From an uncultured Clostridium sp. (GTDB lineage: Bacteria; Bacillota; Clostridia; TANB77; CAG-508): a stretch of 64,000 nucleotides of DNA. Location of the stretch: the NCBI GenBank assembly GCA_900553985.1, contig USFW01000002.1, forward strand, positions 875 through 64,874, given 5' to 3'. The notes below the pieces were generated by a model, which was not told the origin of the DNA, searched no databases, and worked only from the letters and a program-made list of their open reading frames with translations. Of this stretch, positions 42,194-52,785 are shown in pieces. Position 1 is the stretch's first letter, and each line of letters begins with the position of its first letter. Position numbers and translations under genes: made by a program.

Positions 42194-42733
42194 TTAATAA
42201 TTTTCTGCTTTTATTTCAAAAAATGCTTTTGGATGGCTACATACTGGGCATATTTCTGGTGCTGATTTTCCAATTACTATATGTCCACAATTTCTACATT
42301 TCCATATTCTATCACCATCACGGCTGAATACTAATCCACCTTCTACATTTTCTATTAATTTTTTATATCTTTCTTCATGTTCTTTTTCTATTTTTGCAAC
42401 TTCTGAGAATAAATATGCAATATGGTCAAATCCTTCTTCTTTTGCTTCTTTTGCCATTCTATCATACATATCTGTCCATTCATAATTTTCTCCTTCAGCA
42501 GCTGCTTGTAAGTTTTCTACTGTTGATTTTATTTCTCCACCTTGTAATAATTTAAACCACATTTTTGCATGTTCTTTTTCATTATCAGCTGTTTCTTGGA
42601 ATATTGCTGCTATTTGCTCATATCCTTCTTTTTTTGCTTTTGCTGCAAAATATGTATATTTATTTCTTGCTTGTGATTCTCCTGCAAATGCCTCCATTAA
42701 ATTTTTTTCTGTTTTTGTTCCTTTTAAATCCAT
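42194..42733 (-). CDS. rbr: Rubrerythrin
   Basis: Ferritin-like diiron domain (two ExxH motifs: [16 protein letters not shown]) plus a C-terminal rubredoxin CRNCGH...CPVCSHP. Start 42733 lies behind AAGGAGG. Confidence 0.85.
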   Translation of the reverse strand: MDLKGTKTEKNLMEAFAGESQARNKYTYFAAKAKKEGYEQIAAIFQETADNEKEHAKMWFKLLQGGEIKSTVENLQAAAEGENYEWTDMYDRMAKEAKEEGFDHIAYLFSEVAKIEKEHEERYKKLIENVEGGLVFSRDGDRIWKCRNCGHIVIGKSAPEICPVCSHPKAFFEIKAENY

Positions 42734-42752
42734 TATAAATTCCTCCTTAAAT

Positions 42753-43139
42753 TTATTTTTCTGATTTACAATCTTCACATATTCCATATATAGTTATGCT
42801 ATGTACTTCCATTTCCATACCTATTTGTTTTTGTAGTTCTTTTGATATTTCTTTATCATTAAAATGATATTTAAAATCAAAAACTTTGCCACATTTATCA
42901 CATATTGCATGGTAATGCTTTTCATGTAAATAGTCATATCTATCTGGTCCAATTGCCATTTTTAGTTGTTTTATTTTTCCTTGTTCTACTAGAATATTTA
43001 TATTTCTGTATACTGTGCTTTTACTTATCTGAGGTTCTTTTTTTATTACTATATTGTATATTTCCTCAGCTGTTGGATGTATACGATTTTCTTTTATAAC
43101 TTCTAGTATTATTTCTCTTTGCTTGGAATAGTTATTCAT
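42753..43139 (-). CDS. perR: Fur-family peroxide-responsive repressor (PerR-like)
   Basis: Winged helix [10 protein letters not shown], metal site [15 protein letters not shown]...CEDC, and an operon with rubrerythrin. Confidence 0.7.
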   Translation of the reverse strand: MNNYSKQREIILEVIKENRIHPTAEEIYNIVIKKEPQISKSTVYRNINILVEQGKIKQLKMAIGPDRYDYLHEKHYHAICDKCGKVFDFKYHFNDKEISKELQKQIGMEMEVHSITIYGICEDCKSEK

Positions 43140-43152
43140 AAATCTCTCCTTT

Positions 43153-43175
43153 AAATTAGGAATTATTCCTAATTT
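43153..43175 (-). promoter_or_regulatory. Perfect 11-1-11 palindrome between the promoter and RBS of perR (Fur/PerR-box-like)
   Basis: AAATTAGGAAT-T-ATTCCTAATTT contains a 7-1-7 core TTAGGAAT.ATTCCTAA and lies immediately upstream of the RBS. Confidence 0.5.
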
Positions 43176-43207
43176 CGTATTTATAATATATTAACTTTTC
43201 ATTTTTG

Positions 43208-43693
43208 TCAATAGAATTTTACATTTTTTTCTTTTTTATTCTCACTATCATATTTTAAAGAACTATTTTTAGGAATACCATATTCTCTCTCCATAGCATC
43301 AATTGAAACTACCCATTGTTTTCCATATTTGCATACATCTATTCCATCTATTAATTTTCCATATGATATTGCTTTTCTAAGTGTACTTTCGTTTAACCCC
43401 CAAATCAATGTTGCATCACTAAAAGCCATTAATCCATCAAATGGTGTTTCTATAATTTTACCATTTTCAAATAACTCATCACAAGAAATATCTATATCAT
43501 CACTCCATATTATTCCATAACCTCCAATATCTACTTGAACACTATAAAATAATTCTTCATTTCTTAATATTTTAAACATTGAATTATTTTCTATTAATTG
43601 TTTTACATTATATATTTTAGTAATTCCTTCGGAAAATTGAACTAATATTTTATAATCAGGATAAGCCGTTACATTTTTTATTTTATGAAACAT
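43208..43693 (-). CDS. DUF2442-like domain fused to a C-terminal helix-turn-helix
   Basis: The N-terminal part (IKNVTAYPDYKILVQFSEG...GGYGIIWSDDIDIS) looks like DUF2442. The C-terminal part (ATLIWGLNESTLRKAISYGKL) looks like an HTH. Confidence 0.5.
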   Translation of the reverse strand: MFHKIKNVTAYPDYKILVQFSEGITKIYNVKQLIENNSMFKILRNEELFYSVQVDIGGYGIIWSDDIDISCDELFENGKIIETPFDGLMAFSDATLIWGLNESTLRKAISYGKLIDGIDVCKYGKQWVVSIDAMEREYGIPKNSSLKYDSENKKEKNVKFY

Positions 43694-43705
43694 AAGTATC
43701 CCCCC

Positions 43706-43946
43706 TTATTCTAATGGTTTTATTTTTTTAAAGTTTTGAGTATCCCATATTTCTTTTAACTCTTCTTCATGAATTGAAATCCATTCTGTTACTAATTCTA
43801 AAGCTTTTTTCTATTATTTTCTTCTCTTGAAAATCTATTGCAGCAACATTCTCACCATAAATTGCATGTATATGTGGTGGATTATGCTCACTTTGTTGAA
43901 AATACATTCTTATTATAATTCCATAAAATCTCGATAAAACTGGCAT
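43706..43946 (-). pseudogene. DUF4160-like small protein, frameshifted in an A-run
   Basis: MPVLSRFYGIIIRMYFQQSEHNPPHIHAIYGENVAAIDF is the family signature. The expected C-terminus KALELVTEWISIHEEELKEIWDTQNFKKIKPLE continues in another frame after AGAAAAAAGC. Missed by the ORF track. Confidence 0.55.
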
Positions 43947-44070
43947 TTTTACCTCCTTACTATATATAGTATATCACATTTCTTATACTATCATATAATG
44001 TATTATCTCTACATTTACATATTAGTATTATTTATATTATCTAACTTTATTATAATATTTGGAGGATTTT

Positions 44071-44220
44071 ATGGGTTCTTATGAATTTATTACTTTTATC
44101 TCTACTCTTGCTTACAGTATTTCTCAAAATAAAACTCAAGAAGAAGTTGAGTTACTAGCTTTGTTTTTTACTCAATTAGGGGATACTTTGGCAACTTTAT
44201 CTAATATAAATTTTAAATGA
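44071..44220 (+). CDS. 49-aa small protein (FFTQLGDTLATL motif)
   Basis: RBS GGAGGA lies 5 nt before ATG 44071. Translation: MGSYEFITFISTLAYSISQNKTQEEVELLALFFTQLGDTLATLSNINFK. It resembles a small conserved clostridial family. Confidence 0.45.
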   Translation: MGSYEFITFISTLAYSISQNKTQEEVELLALFFTQLGDTLATLSNINFK

Positions 44221-44469
44221 TATACTATAAAAAAAAGACTATAATAGAATTATTTTTAACTATCATAGCCTTTTGATATTTATTTATGGTACCATCGAAG
44301 TAGTTATCTACAACTTTTTTGGCTCTCTTGACGATTGATACAAATATCAATCAATTTATTATTAATTTAACATAACTTTTATAATATTGCAAGAGATAAT
44401 TTTATTTTTTGAACTTTATATTTATAAACTATAATATAACTGTCAAAACTATTGTATTATTTACTTTTC

Positions 44470-45237
44470 CTATATAATGTCTTTACTTATTTGATTCCAC
44501 AGCTTTTCCAATCCTTCTTTTTCTTTATCAAATATAGAATTGGGTAATATTATATGAGAATAACTTTTTAAGCATTCATACTCCATAACATATTCAATAA
44601 TTATAGGAATATCTTTTTCTTGATATCCATCAGTCAGAAATATTTTATAAAAATTGTCATATAATATTTTTACATTTATATGATAGTATATTATTTTTAT
44701 TAAATCTAGCAAAATATCTGCTGAAAAAATTATTTGTGTTAATAATGCTATTATTTCTATATTATCTATTTGTGTTATAACTATGATCCACATTACTACA
44801 ATAAAAAGCATTTTTATAACTTTCTTTAAAATCATCTTTTCTGTAATCTTATTAGTATATAATACACTTTCAAAATTATTTACTCCAAGTCTTTTTATCG
44901 AAGGTTCTACTTTATTAGTATAATATCCTTCGCTTCTAGTAGTAGTAATATTTATACCAAAAGAGTTTGATATCATTGTTTTTCTTAATTCACTTTCCGC
45001 CTTATTTTTTAATATAATATCTGTATATCCACTAATAACAATGTAAATAATATTTACTATTATTAATCCATAATTCAATATACTTGATATAGAACTGTCT
45101 TTACAAAAACAAATTAATAACATTAAAATTATATTAACAACATAAATACTCAACATTATATTTTCATTATTGGAACATTTATCAAATAACTTATGAGATT
45201 CATTTTTATATTTATCTGCCATACTTACCTCATTCAA
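44470..45237 (-). CDS. Four-TM membrane protein, candidate S-4TM-type effector partnered with the SMODS gene
   Basis: Two pairs of TM helices (IMLSIYVVNIILMLLICF / LIIVNIIYIVISGY and MLFIVVMWIIVITQ / IIALLTQIIFSADILLDLI). Its start overlaps the upstream stop by 8 nt. Confidence 0.5.
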   Translation of the reverse strand: MNEVSMADKYKNESHKLFDKCSNNENIMLSIYVVNIILMLLICFCKDSSISSILNYGLIIVNIIYIVISGYTDIILKNKAESELRKTMISNSFGINITTTRSEGYYTNKVEPSIKRLGVNNFESVLYTNKITEKMILKKVIKMLFIVVMWIIVITQIDNIEIIALLTQIIFSADILLDLIKIIYYHINVKILYDNFYKIFLTDGYQEKDIPIIIEYVMEYECLKSYSHIILPNSIFDKEKEGLEKLWNQISKDII

Positions 45238-46033
45238 ATATCTTCTTTATTTGTTCTTCTGCTAATGAAGAAAATCCACTATTTTCGTAACCTTTTGCAC
45301 TTTGTATACACTCTTTAGCTTTTTCTATTCTTGATGTAACATATTGATCAATATATTTATATTGTCCAATAAAATAGAAAGCCCAATCTAAATAATCAAA
45401 ACTAGATTTACAGTTAGAATAAGAATATTGAAATTTATCTGTCAAAAATGTTTCAAGCTCATAGGAACTATATTTCCTATAGTTCTTTTTAATATTCCAA
45501 TATTTCATAATCCTTACTATTCTTTTAAATTCATATAATGTATCGTTATTAACATCTAACATCTTATCATTCAATTCTTTTGGATTCGTATATTGCCAAC
45601 TTGAAGAATCTAAAGCAATATATTTAGTTCCCCACAATGTTTCATATGCAGGAACTAATTCAAATTTAATATTTTCCAGTTCTATAACTATTGTAGGAAG
45701 AGATTGCTTAACAATAGATGTTGAATACCTATACTCTGCAAATCCTTTTAACCAATTCAAACATGTTTGTGGAGTAAATTGATTAGCATCTTCGAAAATA
45801 ATCATATAATCCACATCTGATTTTTCATCGTATCTTCTTGAAAGCATAGTGTCTCTACTATACGAACCAAATATTTCCTTTTTTACAATTTTATGCTCAC
45901 AATTTTTGCCTCTGCCAAAGTACATATTCAATCTTGAAGATATTGCATCAATAGATTTTCTTATTTTTTCTCTTTCAGTACCATTAACATATAATTCATT
46001 TTGTAAATTTGCTAAATAACTATTAATAGACAT
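45230..46033 (-). CDS. SMODS/CD-NTase-like pol-beta nucleotidyltransferase
   Basis: FGSYSRDT (G-S motif), SDVDYMIIF (DxD) and KFELVPAY (third acidic strand). 267 aa. Confidence 0.6.
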   Translation of the reverse strand: MSINSYLANLQNELYVNGTEREKIRKSIDAISSRLNMYFGRGKNCEHKIVKKEIFGSYSRDTMLSRRYDEKSDVDYMIIFEDANQFTPQTCLNWLKGFAEYRYSTSIVKQSLPTIVIELENIKFELVPAYETLWGTKYIALDSSSWQYTNPKELNDKMLDVNNDTLYEFKRIVRIMKYWNIKKNYRKYSSYELETFLTDKFQYSYSNCKSSFDYLDWAFYFIGQYKYIDQYVTSRIEKAKECIQSAKGYENSGFSSLAEEQIKKIFE

Positions 46034-46400
46034 ATTTTTCTCCTATAAAAATTTTTTAGTAAATTATATCATGTTTTGTCCCAAAAATCCACTAATTTTA
46101 TAATTTACAGGATAAAATGTAGGTTTGTCAAACATATTTCTCTACGATAACTGTAACTATTCAGTGGCAAAATGATTTAGAACTTAAAGCATTTTTTGTA
46201 TAATTAGAATTAAATCATATTAAATACAACAATAATTCGGATTAATTCTGAATAATTACAATATTTTTCAAAATTTTGTTTTGTTCGCTTGTATTTTGCT
46301 AAATATTGTTGTATATTAGTATTCATAGGAAATGAGAATAAGCAGATGTGGTTTGCCACTTTTAATCCACAACGTTAGTTGTGAGTGAGGAGGTGGTACT

Positions 46401-46511
46401 ATGATAGAAGTTGTTTTATTAGAAATAATATACTTACTTTTATTTGTTATAGTTGTCGAAACTATTATAGTATTTGCCTTAATTATACTGGTTATAATTT
46501 TAAGCAAATAG
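46401..46511 (+). CDS. 36-aa hydrophobic peptide, type-I-toxin-like
   Basis: The strong RBS GAGGAGGTGG lies 6 nt before ATG 46401. Translation: MIEVVLLEIIYLLLFVIVVETIIVFALIILVIILSK. A bidirectional terminator follows. Below the ORF-track cutoff. Confidence 0.5.
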   Translation: MIEVVLLEIIYLLLFVIVVETIIVFALIILVIILSK

Positions 46512-46516
46512 ACAAT

Positions 46517-46557
46517 AAAAAAACACATCTGTACTTGACGGTTAGGTGTGTTTTTTT
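46517..46557. terminator. Bidirectional terminator after the 36-aa ORF
   Basis: AAAAAAACACATCT ... AGGTGTGTTTTTTT forms an 8-bp stem (one G-U pair) flanked by A and T runs. Confidence 0.65.
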
Positions 46558-46639
46558 ACATATATAACTGGCAAACCACGTTTGTGGTTTCTCCATTTCC
46601 TATTTTTATTATAATCAAATTTATTGAAAAAGTCAATAT

Positions 46640-46689
46640 AAATTGCAATTTATTATTTTTTTCTAAATTGCAATTTATTATTTTTTTCT
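46640..46689. repeat. Perfect 2 x 25-bp tandem direct repeat
   Basis: AAATTGCAATTTATTATTTTTTTCT occurs at 46640-46664 and 46665-46689. The second copy overlaps the stop codon of ORF 46688-47500. Confidence 0.85.
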
Positions 46690-47500
46690 AATATTCTAAT
46701 TGTTGTTTCTTTCTAACATATAATACTTTCATTTTATATTGAACTCTCAATGGAATAGGCATAGTAGACCAACCTGTAATAAATTCATTAACTTTTAAAG
46801 GCAAATCTATTTTGTTTTTTTCTTCTGTAACTTTTGGTTGAATTTTGCTTAATTCTATTGTATTATCTGTTCTTAATACAATCTCATCTTTTGTTATATT
46901 TATTATTTCTGCTTCACTATAATTAAAGTGAAAAACACTTCCTTTAGGAATATCATATAAATTCAGCTGTTCAACTGTTCCTCCTACATAATTAGTTTCA
47001 ATCCTTATTCCACATACTAAATCATAATCTTCCGTTTCATCATCAGTTATATTTAAATTGTTAAAATCTGTAAAGTTGAGATATTGTTCTATCTCATATT
47101 CATTATTGAGCTGTTGTTGAATTTCTTCATTTCTTATATTAGTTACAATTTCTTTATTTTTAACAAAAGCAACGAAATTATTATAAAATTCTTGCCAGTT
47201 ATTCGGACAATATTCTATTCCAGCATATCTTTTTGCTCCATTATTGTTTGTTTTTATTAAAATAGACCACCCTGATTCAGGACTAATACTTTTTACAAAA
47301 AAATTTTTCCACTCGTTAGATATTGATACTAAATATGTTACGAATTTATAAAATGCTTCACTATCTATATTGTGCTTTTCAACAAGCTTTGTTCCATTTA
47401 TAAAATGTTTAATTTCGTTTTCATTTATTCTAAATTTATCGTTACCTATGACTATCACTAATTCATTAACATCTTGTTCAAAATATACTGGATTATTCAT
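46688..47500 (-). CDS. Hypothetical protein, 270 aa (element cargo)
   Basis: Long ORF, first of a same-strand run. No motif recognised. Confidence 0.45.
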   Translation of the reverse strand: MNNPVYFEQDVNELVIVIGNDKFRINENEIKHFINGTKLVEKHNIDSEAFYKFVTYLVSISNEWKNFFVKSISPESGWSILIKTNNNGAKRYAGIEYCPNNWQEFYNNFVAFVKNKEIVTNIRNEEIQQQLNNEYEIEQYLNFTDFNNLNITDDETEDYDLVCGIRIETNYVGGTVEQLNLYDIPKGSVFHFNYSEAEIINITKDEIVLRTDNTIELSKIQPKVTEEKNKIDLPLKVNEFITGWSTMPIPLRVQYKMKVLYVRKKQQLEY

Positions 47501-47522
47501 TTCTATGTTCTCCTAATATTCA

Positions 47523-47972
47523 TTATTTTTTAAATATACATTTTATCTTATTGAATATTTTTGTAAATAAAGACTCTTTATATTCAACCATTGCTACATT
47601 ATCACTAGTATTATCAGTTTCAATATTAATTTGTTTTTTGTTTTTAAAAATATCATTTGGATTATATTTTTCATATTTTTCTTTTTCAAGTTTTTCCATA
47701 TCATATTTTTCTTTTTCTTCAATTCGTTGTTTTTGATAGTCAGTAGCCCAGTATTCTTTAAAAACATTAGCTAAAATCGCTTTTGCCTCTTTTGAAATAT
47801 TTTGTTCCGACAATGGCTTTTCTTCATCTATTTCAAAGTTATAATCTTCTTTCATATTATCTAGCCACAATAATAATTTTTCACTTGGGATTTTATTTAC
47901 ATCATCTTGATTTGTATATTTTAGTATTTCTACTACTTCTCTATATGCACAAGCATAATTTTCAGCTACCAT
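47523..47972 (-). CDS. Hypothetical protein, 149 aa
   Basis: ORF with a K/E-rich C-terminal half. No motif recognised. Confidence 0.45.
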   Translation of the reverse strand: MVAENYACAYREVVEILKYTNQDDVNKIPSEKLLLWLDNMKEDYNFEIDEEKPLSEQNISKEAKAILANVFKEYWATDYQKQRIEEKEKYDMEKLEKEKYEKYNPNDIFKNKKQINIETDNTSDNVAMVEYKESLFTKIFNKIKCIFKK

Positions 47973-47991
47973 ATTTATATTCTCCTTTGTT

Positions 47992-48369
47992 TTATTTATC
48001 TAATTCATCTAATGATGATTCTCTTAGGGCTTCTAATTCATCCTCTACTCTTCGAGCTTCTTTCTTATCTTGAGTAGGTGTATTTATAGTTGCCTTTCCA
48101 ATATCTATTGCAGTAAATCTTGGTTTTGGCAGAGGTTCTGCAAAAGCTTTTGAAAAACTGAATCCGCCTAATCCACCAAATCGCATATCTAGTGTTTCTC
48201 GTGCTTTTCTTTCTTGATCTCTCTTCCTTGTTTGTTCTGTCAAATCCCAACTATCAATCTTAGTTTCACTTGATTCGCTTTTATCTATATATGTTCCTTC
48301 TAAATTTTTCTTTTCAATATTTGCATCTAATGGTTGTGTTCCTTCGATACTTTTACTCATTTTTTTCAC
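47992..48369 (-). CDS. Hypothetical protein, 125 aa
   Basis: ORF with charged, low-complexity sequence. No motif recognised. Confidence 0.4.
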   Translation of the reverse strand: MKKMSKSIEGTQPLDANIEKKNLEGTYIDKSESSETKIDSWDLTEQTRKRDQERKARETLDMRFGGLGGFSFSKAFAEPLPKPRFTAIDIGKATINTPTQDKKEARRVEDELEALRESSLDELDK

Positions 48370-48428
48370 CTCATAATAATTATAACATTTCTAATTTTTA
48401 TTGTAAACAGTAACAGAACAATAAAATG

Positions 48429-48728
48429 CTAAATTTTCAAATTATTGAACAAATACAATGCAACTTTATTTTGTGATGTTGTTTCCATCTCCATAAGTTT
48501 AGCCATTGCAAACATTACAAGTTTATATTTTGCAAAGTTTATTAAAGTAGTTCTATATTCTTCGTCAATATCCTTTAACATTTTATCAAATTTTTCATAG
48601 TTTTCTCTAGTGTTGTATATAAGACCTGACCATTTACTTTGGCTCATACATATTGCTAGTCTTAATTTATCTTTTATATCCATATCATTTATCATATTTA
48701 TTAAATATTCAACTTTTTCGTTTTCCAT
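48429..48728 (-). CDS. Hypothetical protein, 99 aa
   Basis: ORF directly downstream of the relaxase gene. No motif recognised. Confidence 0.4.
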   Translation of the reverse strand: MENEKVEYLINMINDMDIKDKLRLAICMSQSKWSGLIYNTRENYEKFDKMLKDIDEEYRTTLINFAKYKLVMFAMAKLMEMETTSQNKVALYLFNNLKI

Positions 48729-48746
48729 ATTCTAATTACCTCCATA

Positions 48747-50132
48747 TTAAAATCTTGTATTATTTTTCTTTCTATTTTTCTCAGTTTTGTTTTCATTTGG
48801 CATAGTTACTTTTCTATAAATATTATTGGCTATTTCATTATCGTTGTCATCAAATATTCCGTTTTTATATAAATCATCACTAACTATTTTATAATTTTCA
48901 TTTTTATCATAGCATATTCGCTTGTGGAAATGGCTCATAATATTATGCCAAAAGTCTTTAAATTTTTTCAGCTCTTGTTTTATTTTTTCCTTTTCAGCCT
49001 GTAATTTGTTTATAATTTTATCTTTAGTTGATAATTTATTTTTTAGATTACTAATTTCATCATCTTTTAACTCTAACTGATATTTAAGAGAACGATTTTC
49101 TTGTGCTATCTCAAAAGAATTATGCTCAAAATCCTTAATTGCTATATTTAAGTCATTTACACTTCTAACAGTTTTAGTAATATCTTTTACGTCTTTAGTA
49201 TAATTTTTAAGTTTCTGGACATCCTCGTTTGAAATAATCATATTATTTTTGTTTAGCTTAGTAGGTTTTAAATTATCTAATATTGCATTAACATCTTTAC
49301 TATAATTATCAAGTTGTTTTGTTTGATTATTAGCTTTTGCAAGTTTTTGTTCTTTCTGTTCTAGTTGTTTCTTTATTTTTCTATAATCTTCCATATCCTT
49401 AACATTTATATCTTGATTTCTGCCTTTTTGTTTTTCTTTTAATTTTGTATCAACTTCATAAAACTTGTTATAGGACTTAATACAAGCATTTCTCATTTTA
49501 TCTTGTATTTCAGTTAATGAGTTTTTAGTAAATACTTGTGATTTTCCAACTTGTTTTTTCATTCCTCTTTTGCAATTCTCAATAATCGGTACTCCAACAA
49601 TGTGTAAATGAGGAGATGTTTCATCAAAATGTATTGTAGCATTTGCTATTTTAAAAGTTGGCACAATTTTGGTTAAGTCCTTTATTTGTTCATTATATAC
49701 ATCAATCATTTTTAATCTATATTCTTGGTCTTTATCATTCCAAAAATCCATATCTCCAAGTTCTATTATAATTTCACAAGCTATATCATTTTGTGAATCG
49801 CATACTTTTGTAAAATAATTATTTATTTTCCTATCATCTCTAGTTTGTTTATTGTTATATTCAATACGAGATTTTTCAAATTCTCTTAAATATAGTTCTT
49901 GCACATCATTTACAATATTTTCTGTACCATAAATAACTCTAATCAATTCTTTTTCATTATCATAATCTCTTAAATTATGCTTATTAATTCTAGATAAATC
50001 GTTTGCATTTTGAATCGCATTATTTGATAGAGAAGTAGTACCAGATACATTATCTTTTGATACTCTTTTGGCTAATTTGCTTTTGTTTTTATCACTACCT
50101 AAGTGAAATGAATATGCTAGTTCTTGTTCCAT
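48747..50132 (-). CDS. MobV (Pre/Mob) family relaxase
   Basis: HFDETSPHLHIVGVP (HxDE...PHxH) signature and a long C-terminal coiled coil. Start 50132 lies behind RBS AAGGGGGTG. Confidence 0.8.
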   Translation of the reverse strand: MEQELAYSFHLGSDKNKSKLAKRVSKDNVSGTTSLSNNAIQNANDLSRINKHNLRDYDNEKELIRVIYGTENIVNDVQELYLREFEKSRIEYNNKQTRDDRKINNYFTKVCDSQNDIACEIIIELGDMDFWNDKDQEYRLKMIDVYNEQIKDLTKIVPTFKIANATIHFDETSPHLHIVGVPIIENCKRGMKKQVGKSQVFTKNSLTEIQDKMRNACIKSYNKFYEVDTKLKEKQKGRNQDINVKDMEDYRKIKKQLEQKEQKLAKANNQTKQLDNYSKDVNAILDNLKPTKLNKNNMIISNEDVQKLKNYTKDVKDITKTVRSVNDLNIAIKDFEHNSFEIAQENRSLKYQLELKDDEISNLKNKLSTKDKIINKLQAEKEKIKQELKKFKDFWHNIMSHFHKRICYDKNENYKIVSDDLYKNGIFDDNDNEIANNIYRKVTMPNENKTEKNRKKNNTRF

Positions 50133-50198
50133 CAAAAGCACCCCCTTGAAGATTCTTTTTAAGCCGAAGGCTCTATAAAAATACGAAGTATTTTTCAC

Positions 50199-50265
50199 AG
50201 GACTTTGGCTCTGTCATAAGTCCTAACCCCCTATGAGTTTTGACATACTATCAAAACTCGGGGGG
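50199..50265 (-). other. Candidate oriT (two adjacent inverted repeats upstream of mobV)
   Basis: Two inverted repeats: AGGACTT..AAGTCCT (50199-50226) and CCCCCTATGAGTTTTGA ... TCAAAACTCGGGGGG (50227-50265). Confidence 0.45.
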
Positions 50266-50416
50266 CTCTGCAAGGCAATAAAATTTACTTTTTCAAAGAT
50301 AAATTTTATCCAAATTAACTATCGCCACTTTCATTTTTGCTAATTGCAAAAACAAAACGTGCCACGTTAATTTGATTGTTGCAACAAAGAAAATTTATAA
50401 GTAATAGTTGCAACAA

Positions 50417-52351
<1,935 letters not shown>

Positions 52352-52515
52352 CTAACAAAAAAGACATCAAAAGTACAAACTAATACTAATGACATCTCTG
52401 TAAAATTTCTATTTTAAAATGCAATTTTTTCAAAATCATATAATCATCTCCATAAACATAATTGGTTTACTTTGATTATTATATCATAATTTGTAAAAAT
52501 GTCAAATACTGGTAT

Positions 52516-52785
52516 TTATATGTTTTTTATATATTCTTCTAATTCTGATAATTTAATCTTTTTAGTTAAATTTGAAATATATACATCATTTGAATAATTA
52601 AAAACTAAGAATGCAATATTTTTAATTATTACTCTATGTGGTTCAATATATGTGAGATTAGTTTTTTCAATTTTTCTAATACTACCATTAATAAAAGTAG
52701 GAGTAACTTTAGAAAATTCACATATAAATTCTAGTCTTTGCTTTAGACTTTCTTCAAATTGTAGTTCTTGCTTAATTATCTTCAT
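52516..52785 (-). CDS. Hypothetical protein, 89 aa, between the recombinase and the right element end
   Basis: ORF only. Confidence 0.35.
   Translation of the reverse strand: MKIIKQELQFEESLKQRLEFICEFSKVTPTFINGSIRKIEKTNLTYIEPHRVIIKNIAFLVFNYSNDVYISNLTKKIKLSELEEYIKNI

Noticed and set aside
46316-46567. Track ORFs 46316-46528 (-) and 46385-46567 (+) in the intergenic region of the mobile element.
   Set aside because: Neither has a convincing RBS, and both span the bidirectional terminator. The 36-aa ORF at 46401-46511, with a strong RBS, explains the region better.
46640-46689. The perfect 25-bp tandem repeat as a possible CRISPR array or iteron set.
   Set aside because: There are only two directly abutting copies, no spacers and no cas genes. 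It is most simply a local tandem duplication at a gene end.
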